Of a stretch of DNA of 64,000 nt, positions 41,601 through 51,576 are shown one piece after another. The DNA comes from Meyerozyma guilliermondii. Its lineage: Eukaryota. Location: assembly GCA_051546255.1 (NCBI GenBank), contig CP128818.1, positions 248,001-312,000 on the forward strand, given 5' to 3'. Both the position numbers and the translations under genes were made by a program. The notes under the pieces were generated by a model. The model had not been told where the DNA came from, did not search any database, and was given only the letters and a program-made list of their open reading frames with translations. Positions within the stretch are counted from its first letter, which is position 1, and every line of letters begins with the position of its first letter.

Positions 41601-43232
41601 ATGGACAGCGATTTAGACGAGGTCGATGCGTTCAATTCGAACCGGGAAAAGATCTTCTTGGACGGTGCTGGCGAGTACGGTCAAGAAAACGAGGTCCTGG
41701 ACTTCTCAGATGAGGAAGTGATGGAAATAAACGAGAATGAAGACGGCGATGACGATGAGCAAAATGACGTTTCTGATGACGACGACGCTCTTTTGGACGA
41801 CGAGGGCGCTCCAGAGGACGAGGAGAACGACCACGGCTGGGGTGGGCGCCAGGACTATTACGGCGGAGAAGACGACGACGCCAATGATGAAATGGCAGAA
41901 GAGGCCCGGCGACAGCAGAAGAAGCACCTTGAAGAATTGGCTATGGACGATTATGTTGATGACGATATGATGGAGGACTGGAAGAAGGTTGCCACCACCG
42001 AGGAGGAGCAGCAAAAAGTGTCAATTAATGCAAATGTTGGTGGTTCTTTAGATTCATTGACACCGGAAGAGCAGCGAAAATTATTGTTACAGTCGTATCC
42101 TGAGTTTGTACCTTTGTTGCAGGAGATGGTGAAGCTCCAGCCCACTCTAGTGACCGTGGAGAGGCTCCAGAGTCGTTCTGGTGTGGCCAAGGCTACGGCT
42201 TTGCGAGCTTACCTTGGATGTCTTTCTTCGTACTTTGCGTTGTTCATGGAAAAGTTGAGGCTGAATGAGGTATTTTCGATGAAAGACGAACCAATAATGG
42301 AAAACATATTGGGGTGCCGTGAAATATGGAGACAGGCCAACGAGCTTGCGGAAAATAACGAAGATGAGAAAGAATTCTCAACCGAAATATCACCAAACTC
42401 TCCACAAATTTCCCAAATCTCACCTAATTCTCCACAAAGTTCACCAGATTCACCACAAGTATCACCAGATTCTTCTCTGGGCTCCGACTCGGAATCAGAC
42501 TTTGTGGATGCCCACGAGCATCTTCCGCTCCGCATCGATATCAATTCTCGTCGTAATCTCGCACCGTCGCAATCGGCTGCAAATGACGATTTTACTGAAA
42601 TCACCGATGCCGTGGATATGGAAGACAAACAGCGCCGGAAGCGCACTTTGCGGTTCTACACCTCCAAGATCGACCAGGCAGCCGCCAAGGCGAATCACGA
42701 AAGATTTACTGGTGATATTGATGTACCATATAAAGAGAGATTGTACGAGAGACAACAACGATTATTGGAAGAAGCGCGGAAAAGAGGATTGGAAAAGAAA
42801 GATCTCGGCGAAGAACTCGACGAGCAAGAATTTGGATCTGGCGACGAAGCCACAGCGAGAGAAGTCAACGCCAAAGATGATGAATTTTATGAGAATGTTG
42901 CACAAGAAAAGAAGACCAAAAGGGCGGCCAGAAAAATGGCCCATGAAGAGGCAGTTGCGGCTGCCAAGGCTGGAAAGCTCCAGGAGCTCCAGGAGAGTAT
43001 GGGCGAGGACGGAAAGCGTGCCATCAACTACCAAATCCTCAAGAACAGAGGTCTTACTCCACACAAGAAGAAGGACAATAGAAATACCCGAGTCAAAAAG
43101 AGAAAGAAGTACGAACAAGCCAAGAAAAAACTCAAGTCTGTTCGCCAAGTGTACGAGGGCAGTCTGGGACCATACGAGGGCGAAAAGACCGGTATCAAGA
43201 AAGGATTGTCCAGATCCGTCAAGTTGGTGTAG
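41601..43232 (+). CDS. SAS10: SSU processome protein Sas10/Utp3
   Basis: Acidic N-terminus, LRFYTSKI, GDIDVPYKER, KRAINYQILKNRGLTP...YEGEKTGIKKGLSRSVKL. Confidence 0.93.
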   Translation: MDSDLDEVDAFNSNREKIFLDGAGEYGQENEVLDFSDEEVMEINENEDGDDDEQNDVSDDDDALLDDEGAPEDEENDHGWGGRQDYYGGEDDDANDEMAEEARRQQKKHLEELAMDDYVDDDMMEDWKKVATTEEEQQKVSINANVGGSLDSLTPEEQRKLLLQSYPEFVPLLQEMVKLQPTLVTVERLQSRSGVAKATALRAYLGCLSSYFALFMEKLRLNEVFSMKDEPIMENILGCREIWRQANELAENNEDEKEFSTEISPNSPQISQISPNSPQSSPDSPQVSPDSSLGSDSESDFVDAHEHLPLRIDINSRRNLAPSQSAANDDFTEITDAVDMEDKQRRKRTLRFYTSKIDQAAAKANHERFTGDIDVPYKERLYERQQRLLEEARKRGLEKKDLGEELDEQEFGSGDEATAREVNAKDDEFYENVAQEKKTKRAARKMAHEEAVAAAKAGKLQELQESMGEDGKRAINYQILKNRGLTPHKKKDNRNTRVKKRKKYEQAKKKLKSVRQVYEGSLGPYEGEKTGIKKGLSRSVKLV

Positions 43233-43301
43233 TCTTGGTGTGTATATAATTTGGATAAAATGCGATGAATTTGTTCAACTCATAGAAATCACTACACAGT
43301 A

Positions 43302-44459
43302 ATGGTGGCCAATGACGTCGACGAGGGCTCTGGAAGCACTTCTGGCGCCGGAAAGAAACCTAGACAGCCCCGTACTATTGATGATTTGTATAGGCAGTCG
43401 TCGCAATTCCGAATGTGGTCGTTTACACACGAATCGCTCAATGAAATCAAAACTAAGACCAATGAAAAAGGCCGAAAAAAAGCCACAGAAACGTTCAACC
43501 ACGCCCTTGCCCAGTTCCGCCAGACCAACTCTACTGAGTATGAAGCCCACGCTTCGGAACTCACGGTGGATCTGCTTCTAGACCTTCTTACGCTCGAAGA
43601 GGAAACGAAATACATCAATTTTTATTGCAAAAACATCATCGAAACCGCCAATTTTTTCCGAATGCCTACACAGGTGAAGGCTACTGCCGTTTCCTTCTTC
43701 AGAAAGTTCTATCTTGTGCATTCTACCATGGAATATCACCCTAAAAATATCATGTATACTTGCGTGTTTCTCGCTGCCAAATCGGAAAACTACTTTATCT
43801 CCATCAATTCGTTCACAAAAGCACTCCGAAATACAGAAAACAAGGATATATTGGATTTGGAGTTCACGGTGTTGGAAGCGTTGCATTTCACACTTTTGGT
43901 GCACCATGCTTTCCGGCCGTTGTACGGATTTTATCTCGATTTCCAGGCGGTTTTGTTGCATCCGGAACCTCGGATTCGGGGCCTTACAAACGAAAGACTT
44001 GCTTCTTTGTTAGACAAGGGCAAGGAATGGATAATGGAGAAAGCGTTGTTGTCGGATATTCCGTTTTTGTACACCCCTCCTCAAGTTGCGCTAGCTGCTG
44101 CTTATGCCGTGGATAAAGAGGTATGTGAGTTGTACTTGAAAATCAAGTTTGAAGACAAGCTCACGTCTATCAAGGAGGAGAAAGAAAGTGAGGAGAAACA
44201 AGAGATAAAACAAGAAGAAGGAGTCAAACAAGAAACTGAAGTAAAACAGGAATCTACAGAAAACGAACCAACTGCCTTAGATTCTGCTCCTTTGACACTA
44301 CTGCTACTCTTGGAAACTGTCCAGCTGTGTTTAAAAGACGCACTTGGTTTACCTGAATCCACCGTTGAAGAGAACAAGGCCATTGACCGGAAATGCTACT
44401 TTGCGTTGCGTCCCAAAAAGTTGATAGAAAAACGCATAAAGAAGTTGAGTAATGGCTAG
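43302..44459 (+). CDS. CCL1: TFIIK cyclin (cyclin H)
   Basis: DDLYRQSSQFRMWSF, ATAVSFFRKFYL, HPKNIMYTCVFLAAKSEN, LYTPPQVALA. Confidence 0.92.
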   Translation: MVANDVDEGSGSTSGAGKKPRQPRTIDDLYRQSSQFRMWSFTHESLNEIKTKTNEKGRKKATETFNHALAQFRQTNSTEYEAHASELTVDLLLDLLTLEEETKYINFYCKNIIETANFFRMPTQVKATAVSFFRKFYLVHSTMEYHPKNIMYTCVFLAAKSENYFISINSFTKALRNTENKDILDLEFTVLEALHFTLLVHHAFRPLYGFYLDFQAVLLHPEPRIRGLTNERLASLLDKGKEWIMEKALLSDIPFLYTPPQVALAAAYAVDKEVCELYLKIKFEDKLTSIKEEKESEEKQEIKQEEGVKQETEVKQESTENEPTALDSAPLTLLLLLETVQLCLKDALGLPESTVEENKAIDRKCYFALRPKKLIEKRIKKLSNG

Positions 44460-44553
44460 AAATCAAAGAAGAAGATAAAAAGCAGACGACGACATGAAAA
44501 TTTACAGTCTAAGAATCTTGTAGGATCATAGAGAATAGACGAGAAAATTATCT

Positions 44554-46143
44554 TCACCTACTTATTGCGATATCATCAATACGCAAGATCGACTTGACAC
44601 ACTCACTCGCCAACGTGATGGCACTTTGAGTCACCAACACCGGCTGCAACACATGCTCGTCAAACGTGTTGGAAGTTCCCGAACGTCTGACACTGATACC
44701 GGCATTTCTCTCGCCGTTTTCATGACGATTCCGCAAATCTGTCACCACGTTAATTGGGTTCATACCAGCATTTTCCGCCAAAGTGGTGGGGACCACTTCC
44801 AATGCTTCTGCAAATTCTTGGTAGACAAAATGCTCAACACCCGCCAACTTTGTAGACTCCTTCATCAACACTCTTGATACCTCAATTTCCGGGGCTCCAC
44901 CTCCAGCGATCAAGGCCTTCTCTTTAACTAAACATCTGATCACACACAAAGCATCGTGAATCGACCGCTCGGCTTCATCCAACACCAACTGGTTGGCGCC
45001 TCGAACCACTACAGAAACCGTGGGTTTGATATTTTTCGAGGTGACGCCGAGAATACGAACAATGGTGGAACCGGACGATTCTATTTCTTCCACCACGTCG
45101 GCGGTTCCCAATCTGTCTTCCGTGAAACTGTCGATGTCTGCAACCGGTTTGCAGCCGGTGGCTTTGGATAAAAACTCGATTTCATCTCTTTCAATGTCCT
45201 TGATCACCATGATATTAAGCTTAGATAAAAAGTGGAGAGCAAGATCATTGACGGCGTCTCTCAAAATAGACTTTTGGATCAACAACACATTACATTTGGA
45301 CCGCTTGATTTTCTTACACATGTTGAGGAGGTATGCTCGTTCTTCCTTGAGAATCTTGTCCATTTGACGATAGTCGTTGACCACGACGTTGTTCTCCATG
45401 TCTGGTTTAGGAGGCGAGATTTGAAACTGAATGAGCCCAATTTTAGCCTTTTCGACGTGGGTAGGTCCACCGGCATTTTTAACCACATTTTGTGTCAAAA
45501 CCACCCCGTTGATAAGTTCGGTATCTTCGATGGTTCCACCCACTTTTTTGATGAGCCTGATGTCGTTCAAGTCTACGTTATTGCGTTCTTCGTTGACCAC
45601 TTTCAACACCGAGTCCACCGCCAAAGGTGAGAGAAGAGAAGTATGCTGAGACACGATTTTGGATGAAAGCGAAGTCAGTGCTGCTCTAATCAATGCTTCC
45701 TTATCGTTCAAATCGATCTTGTGTGACATGTCAAGGAGGATCTCCGACGCCCGGGCAGCAGCTCTCTGGAAAGATTCGGCAATTAAAGTGGGATGAATAC
45801 CTTTATTCAATAATTTTTCAGCAGCTCCCAAAAATGCTCCGGTAATAATTGCAACTGATGTGGTACCATCTCCAGCCTCCACGTCCTGAGCGGCACTCAC
45901 ATCCACCAATAAACGCGCAGCAGGGTGTAAAACCGCCATATGTTTCAAAATCGTGGCTCCATCATTGGAAATGATGATGTCACCAGACTTGGTTTTGATC
46001 ATTTTATCCATTCCTTTTGGACCTAACGACGTACGAATTGCATCCGCAACAGCCTTTGCTGCTAGTATGTTGGAGCGACGAACCTCACGGGGTTTTTCCT
46101 TGTCTTTGAACCGAGCATTGCTGGGGGCGGCTGCGGGAGACAT
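44554..46143 (-). CDS. CCT4: Chaperonin CCT delta subunit
   Basis: [38 protein letters not shown]. Confidence 0.95.
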   Translation of the reverse strand: MSPAAAPSNARFKDKEKPREVRRSNILAAKAVADAIRTSLGPKGMDKMIKTKSGDIIISNDGATILKHMAVLHPAARLLVDVSAAQDVEAGDGTTSVAIITGAFLGAAEKLLNKGIHPTLIAESFQRAAARASEILLDMSHKIDLNDKEALIRAALTSLSSKIVSQHTSLLSPLAVDSVLKVVNEERNNVDLNDIRLIKKVGGTIEDTELINGVVLTQNVVKNAGGPTHVEKAKIGLIQFQISPPKPDMENNVVVNDYRQMDKILKEERAYLLNMCKKIKRSKCNVLLIQKSILRDAVNDLALHFLSKLNIMVIKDIERDEIEFLSKATGCKPVADIDSFTEDRLGTADVVEEIESSGSTIVRILGVTSKNIKPTVSVVVRGANQLVLDEAERSIHDALCVIRCLVKEKALIAGGGAPEIEVSRVLMKESTKLAGVEHFVYQEFAEALEVVPTTLAENAGMNPINVVTDLRNRHENGERNAGISVRRSGTSNTFDEHVLQPVLVTQSAITLASECVKSILRIDDIAISR

Positions 46144-46185
46144 GATGACGAGAAAAGTTGGTGAGAAAAGATATGAGGTCTTTCA

Positions 46186-46371
46186 TTATGTAACTTTCGT
46201 CTGAGAGTTACGTAAGGGAAGAGCGAGAGTGTGAGTGCGTTATGTAACTCTCGCGAGAGAGTTACGTAAGGCTCACATACTCTGAACTGAGCGCGAAGGG
46301 TTAGCTTCGGTAAGGATTAATGTGCTGATGTAAGCATTGTCGCGATTATGTAAGCGATAAATCGCTTACAT
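46186..46371. promoter_or_regulatory. Array of TTAYGTAA sites arranged as inverted repeats in the CCT4/CDC123 divergent region
   Basis: TTATGTAA at 46186, 46240, 46346; TTACGTAA at 46208, 46262; TGATGTAA at 46326; three hairpin-forming palindromes. Confidence 0.7.
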
Positions 46372-46397
46372 TCTCAGCTTCGCAAAATCGCATCGCC

Positions 46398-47411
46398 ATG
46401 ACTTCAGATCGTCCGTTTGAGTTTGAAACGGTGCGCCCATCTGTGGACGAAATAGACCAGTGTCGGTATTCAGCGTGGTCCACATTCTTCCAAAACCATG
46501 TTTTTCCCTCCATAATTATCAATCCACTTCCCACAACCTTCATAAGCTACCTTCTTAGCGACACCATCAAGCTTCCTCGATCGCACCAGCCAATTATTGC
46601 AAGCAGTGATAACGAGTACAGCGACTGGGAAAGTGAAGATGATGATGTGCAGGACGATGTTACTGCCGGATTTGAATCGATGCATGACCGGGTTGTTGCA
46701 GCCATTCGCGAATTGGGACCGGTTTTCCCGAAAATGAATTGGTCGGCGCCAAAAGACGCGAAATGGATGCTTCCCAATAATGTTCTTCAATGCCACGATG
46801 CTAGCGATGTATATTTGGTGCTCAATGCTTCGAGTCATATAGTTCATGATATGGAACATGCTTATGAAGAAACGGGTTCGGGGAAACAACCGGATACTTT
46901 CGAGTTGGTTCTTCGCCAATGGACCCAGATGAACCCGGCACTTGAGTTTCGAGTATTTGTGTATCGTCGCCGTATAATTGGAGTCTGTCAGAGAGACCCT
47001 AATTACTATGATTATCTTGCAAATTTGGAACCGCAGTTGCGCCTGCAGATAGACCAGTTTTTCGCAACCGTTTTCTTGCCCTCGGAAATTACCTTGGAAA
47101 ATTGCGTTTTGGACGTGTACTTGCCGCGTCCATTTGACAAAACTTGGTTCGTCGATATAAACCCTTTTTCAAGGGCAACCGATCCGCTCCTCTTTACATG
47201 GAACGAACTTTTGTGTGTGTCACGTGACACGTCACGTGATTGTTCTAACTACGAGTTCCGGCTCTTGCACGAGAACAACATTCACCGCAATGCGGCCAAA
47301 GACCATTCAGAAAATCAGGTGCCGTTGGACGTGATTGGAGCCGCCAACGACACCGAGGCCATGGTGGAATTGGCACGGGCGTGGAACCAAAATGACATCA
47401 GTGCACCATAG
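46398..47411 (+). CDS. CDC123: eIF2 assembly factor Cdc123 (D123 family)
   Basis: CRYSAW, VFPKMNWSAPKDAKW, EFRVFV, GVCQRD, VDINPF...TDPLLFTW. Confidence 0.92.
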   Translation: MTSDRPFEFETVRPSVDEIDQCRYSAWSTFFQNHVFPSIIINPLPTTFISYLLSDTIKLPRSHQPIIASSDNEYSDWESEDDDVQDDVTAGFESMHDRVVAAIRELGPVFPKMNWSAPKDAKWMLPNNVLQCHDASDVYLVLNASSHIVHDMEHAYEETGSGKQPDTFELVLRQWTQMNPALEFRVFVYRRRIIGVCQRDPNYYDYLANLEPQLRLQIDQFFATVFLPSEITLENCVLDVYLPRPFDKTWFVDINPFSRATDPLLFTWNELLCVSRDTSRDCSNYEFRLLHENNIHRNAAKDHSENQVPLDVIGAANDTEAMVELARAWNQNDISAP

Positions 47412-47535
47412 ACCCAAACACCACCCCAGTTTTACACATTATCGCGGAGTTCAATCATTCCGACGATTGTTGCGAACATGAAAAGTTCAGATAAAGACGT
47501 GAGTAATTTTCCTTTTTTCTTTTTCTTCCTGTTTC

Positions 47536-48480
47536 ATGCTGACCCAGATTCTTTTAGGCGAGTATCGTGGGGCGTTGACTGAGGGTGCTCGTTACGATAA
47601 ACGGAATGATACGTTAATATGGGTGGATATAATTGCAGCCGAAATTCATCGAGTTTGTTTGAAAAATCCAGAAGCGAGTCACGAGGTTATCAAGTTTTCC
47701 TCGCCCTCGGAATCTATTGGAGCCATTGCATTGACATCAAATCCCGATATTTTGGTGGCGTGTGCCAAACATGGTGTTGCTTATGCCAATTTTGAGAGTG
47801 GAAAAATTGAGTATTTTTTGAAATATCCACATCAAAGTAGTCGTCTTCGGTCCAATGATGGTATAATTGACCCATGGGGTCATTTGTGGATCGGAGTCAT
47901 GACCGATTTCCACGTTGGAGATGTTGTCGCCGAGGGTAAATTGTACCGAATTAACTGCCATAGTCTTCAAATTGAAACTATGATTGATCAATGTTACATT
48001 CCGAACGGTATGGCATTCAGTAGTGATGGTCGCAAGTTGTTTTGGACCGATTCCATTGCCGGGGTGATTGTGGAGTACGATTACGATGTTCTGCGCAACG
48101 AACTTTGCAACAAAAAAGAAGTTTTGAATGTTAAAAAAAGCTTGAAATACAGAGATTTTGCTCCTGACGGCATGTGTATGACGAAAACCAACAATATATT
48201 TGCTGCTATGTTCAATGGGTCGAGAGTTACACACATTGATTCTGTGGGTAATGTTGTTGAAGATATTGCAATTCCAGCCAAATGTGTCACCAATGCTCAT
48301 ATTGGAGGCTCAAACAACGACCAATTGTTTGTGAACACAGCGCACGTCGACCATGAAGAAAAGGGATTTGTTCCAAATGCCAACGATAAAGAGGGAGATT
48401 CGGGCGGATACTTGTTCAAGATTCAATTGGATAGATCTTATGAACCACAGCCAAATTATATATGGGGAGGAAGAGTTTAG
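47536..48480 (+). CDS. SMP-30/regucalcin/gluconolactonase family protein (Candida Cgr1-like)
   Basis: LTEG, WVDI, RSNDG..DPWG, IPNG, WTDS, PDGM motifs. Confidence 0.88.
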   Translation: MLTQILLGEYRGALTEGARYDKRNDTLIWVDIIAAEIHRVCLKNPEASHEVIKFSSPSESIGAIALTSNPDILVACAKHGVAYANFESGKIEYFLKYPHQSSRLRSNDGIIDPWGHLWIGVMTDFHVGDVVAEGKLYRINCHSLQIETMIDQCYIPNGMAFSSDGRKLFWTDSIAGVIVEYDYDVLRNELCNKKEVLNVKKSLKYRDFAPDGMCMTKTNNIFAAMFNGSRVTHIDSVGNVVEDIAIPAKCVTNAHIGGSNNDQLFVNTAHVDHEEKGFVPNANDKEGDSGGYLFKIQLDRSYEPQPNYIWGGRV

Positions 48481-48769
48481 TGGAACTGACTCGAACAAGT
48501 ACTATTGGCTAAAATTGGCTAACTTTCATTGATTTACTTGGTACATTCAATCAATACTGTTGCTTTGAGCAGATTTGTATTCAATTCTAACTGCCATTTT
48601 CCTGCTTCCAACTGTGACAAATTGTGGTCAATAGGAAATTGCTTGATTTCTGACATGCTAATAATGCTAATAATGCTGATAATGCCTTATACCTTTTTTT
48701 AAGTTCCTTTGTTCTCTTTCAACTCTTCTTCTTGATGCTTCTTCACTTTTCTCATTTTAGTTTCCCATT

Positions 48770-49192
48770 CTAGTTCCTCTCCTCCATCATCTCCAATACC
48801 CGCGTAACAAAATCCTCCACCAACTCATTTTCCTCAACCCCTCCCTCTCGTAATTGGGTCAATTTTGCATTTGCAACTTCTCGTCGTCCTGCCGAAGTTT
48901 GTTCTCCAGAAACCTGCGGATCATCAAGAATCTTCAAAATCACAGAAAGATGAAACTGAAGAGATTTGAACTTGAGCATCGACTGTATTTGGGTATCTGA
49001 AGCGATACGGGCGTATAAATCGGAACTATTATTTTCAATAGATTTTTCATCATTTGCATTTTTTTGAACTGGTTTTTCATTTTCGGTGTGTATGTGATTT
49101 GGTCCTTTGAAACAGCCTATAGAGCAGTAGTGCACATTGCATTTTGGACATCGATACTTGGCCTCGATTTCTTTACAAATACCACATATCAT
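48770..49192 (-). CDS. HIT1: zf-HIT protein Hit1 (box C/D snoRNP assembly)
   Basis: MICGIC...KYRCPKCNVHYCSIGCFK...H; C-terminal LREGGVEENELVEDF. Confidence 0.85.
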   Translation of the reverse strand: MICGICKEIEAKYRCPKCNVHYCSIGCFKGPNHIHTENEKPVQKNANDEKSIENNSSDLYARIASDTQIQSMLKFKSLQFHLSVILKILDDPQVSGEQTSAGRREVANAKLTQLREGGVEENELVEDFVTRVLEMMEERN

Positions 49193-49342
49193 AAAGGGAT
49201 GAGATCCATCAATGTTGGTGTATCTTTCGGCCTGCATATAGTTATTTGACTGCATACAGCATTGGGTGTTAAAGTGCGTTTATGTATGGGAGTGCATATA
49301 GCAATTGAAGTCTACAATACGAATCGTGTCACGTAATATATG

Positions 49343-50080
49343 CTAAATGGCCGTTTGTGAACGGTAGTCTATCCGAGGCCTTTTATAGGCTACAGGACTT
49401 GGCTGGCGTCGTTTAGGACGGCAGTATGCAGGAGTTTCGGGGGTGAGGGGCATGTAAATGTCGGAATATTTGGTGGTTATACCGGGGTTTATACCGGTGG
49501 TTATACCGGGGGCAAATGCCGGAACCATCGGCGTTGGTATAACCGTGACCGGCGTGGCCATCTGCGGCTGAGTGTAGATTGGTGGTGTAGTGATGCTGGT
49601 GTTTGCAGGTGGAATTATCGGGAGGTGCGCAGGCATCATGCAGGTTGGGATGCAATTTGCGGTTGGTCGATTGATCATTAGGTGAGGAGTTACCGAGTGA
49701 AGCAGCACTTTGTAATCAACGCACGCCAAAAAATGCGCTTCTAATGATGCTAAAAGTTTCACGGTGAATTGGGGATGATCTGGAATTTGATTGATCATAT
49801 TGATCCAGGTGGTGATTGTGTAACAGTGGTCATCGAAAATTTTATTGGAAAGGATTAATGCAGTAACAATGACGGCGTTAGCCATTTGAGGATTTTCATT
49901 TGGATCGAGTTGATTCACGGTATTTTTTTTGTATAATCGAAGGTAATGAAGGGCAATTGCTAAATTGGTTTTCGACATTTGAGATGCTGATATTAATTGG
50001 ATTAGAAACTGTGAGTAGCGTGCAGGAATGTTCCCTGCAATGGTTGCCCCTGCTTGCAGACAAAAATTATGCAGATCCAT
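49343..50080 (-). CDS. Divergent Pho85-type (Pcl family) cyclin
   Basis: LAIALHYL, VTALILSNKIFDDHCYT..TW, LEAHFL..VDY cyclin-box motifs; Pro/Thr-rich tail. Confidence 0.75.
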   Translation of the reverse strand: MDLHNFCLQAGATIAGNIPARYSQFLIQLISASQMSKTNLAIALHYLRLYKKNTVNQLDPNENPQMANAVIVTALILSNKIFDDHCYTITTWINMINQIPDHPQFTVKLLASLEAHFLACVDYKVLLHSVTPHLMINRPTANCIPTCMMPAHLPIIPPANTSITTPPIYTQPQMATPVTVIPTPMVPAFAPGITTGINPGITTKYSDIYMPLTPETPAYCRPKRRQPSPVAYKRPRIDYRSQTAI

Positions 50081-51576
50081 ATTGAAGAGGGCAAATGTGA
50101 AGATTAATATAATGCTGCCATCGAGTTATCTATATATTTCAAGCAAGTGCAGCAGTATGTGGGATCCGCGCACCAACCTGCAACCTTAGCTGCAGCGCCA
50201 AGGATTTTCCGCAGCTCATCCCTAGCACGAGCCGCACACCAGCCTCACGGCCGCCGCATGCACTGCAGTAAAAAAATTTTATTGGTACAAATCCTTTAAG
50301 CAAATGCGAGGTAAGACAAACTGCACGACCTGCAGATTTCTGCCTAGTATGGTTGGTTACTGCAACACATTAATAAAAAAAAAGCAAATTATGGAACATG
50401 GGTGCAGGATGGCAAAACAATAGAAAACTGAAACTTGATGACCTTTGTCTTTAGGAATTCGTCTAGACAACATAATACGAATTGGCGCATTCTGGCGCAA
50501 TCATAGATTAGGTTTTACATACGCACCAATGCATTAGGTGCAGCTTACGCCATAACGCAGTAGTGCGCCGCCGCACTGCGACCTCCTCAACTGCCGACAA
50601 ACTCATTTCCGCACTGCGACTTAAGAAGCAAAAGTGTCGCGGCCAACTATAACCTAGTATTGTAAATGAAATTCGGTTTCTTAATTCTAGATGCAGGCGG
50701 CTAAACTCAATTCAGTACTTGAGAATAAAATATCGTATGATGATGAAATGTAATAGAATTTAGGCGACCGTCTACGTGGCCAATTCAAGTTGACGAAATG
50801 GTACTTCGTAGTTTATCACCGCATTGCTCCGCGTCTAGTGTGAGCCGCTGCATGCGAACAAATTGGAAGCTTAATTACCACCTGATCTCGCGCATTGCAT
50901 CGTCGGGCATGAACATCGGAATCTATTGTTTTATTTTTCACGTGACCCATATGCGCATGAGGAAATCGAGTTGAAACGCACTTTTTTTGATCTGCACTTT
51001 TGGGCTCATGCGCCATGTGCGGCGGGTTATCGCAATCGGAACTAACATACCAAGAATGGCTCCCCTCATTGGTTGTTGCAACCGATACAAATTAAAAGAC
51101 GCGACGGCATGTGAGACGGTGGGGGTAAAAATATGCACTTGTTTCATGTGCCCTAACCTGCATTTCTGAAACATCTGCAGTAAATCAATAGTCATGCATT
51201 TGCTGCAAGCGATAATGCGGTAGTGGGACGCCACTGCTTATTACAATAAGTAGCGATGAACTATTGTTCATTGTTGGGTCGTGTGCCGCCACGGGAAGCG
51301 AGCCGGTGCAGGCCGGTGCGGCCGGTCAGGCGCACAATGCAGGAGGACAAGACATTGTGTGCAGGCTGTATTCTTTTTGTATGCAGTATATTGTCTGGTT
51401 ATCTGCAGTATCGCTCTTTGTTCCATCTGCAGTCCGTTTCCTTGTTCTATATGCAGTATAGCTCTTTGTTCTCTGCAGTCCCACTGGTTGCACTGCCACC
51501 TGCAGTTCCAGTGTCATCGGCTGCGCATCGGCTGCGGACTGTTGCTCATTCTTCTTGCTTGCTTTCAATATTCTTG

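Noticed and set aside
42319..43302. 327-aa alternative-frame ORF in SAS10 whose stop overlaps the CCL1 ATG
   Set aside because: GTG start, K/R/T-rich shifted reading of a charged protein, no motif or slippery site seen
46186..46280. H/ACA snoRNA interpretation of the twin hairpins (ACA follows the second)
   Set aside because: Stems are too short, with no pseudouridylation pockets and no clear ANANNA hinge
50738..50885. Possible box C/D snoRNA (ATGATGA...CTGA)
   Set aside because: No terminal stem or recognisable rRNA-complementary guide; such short motifs occur by chance
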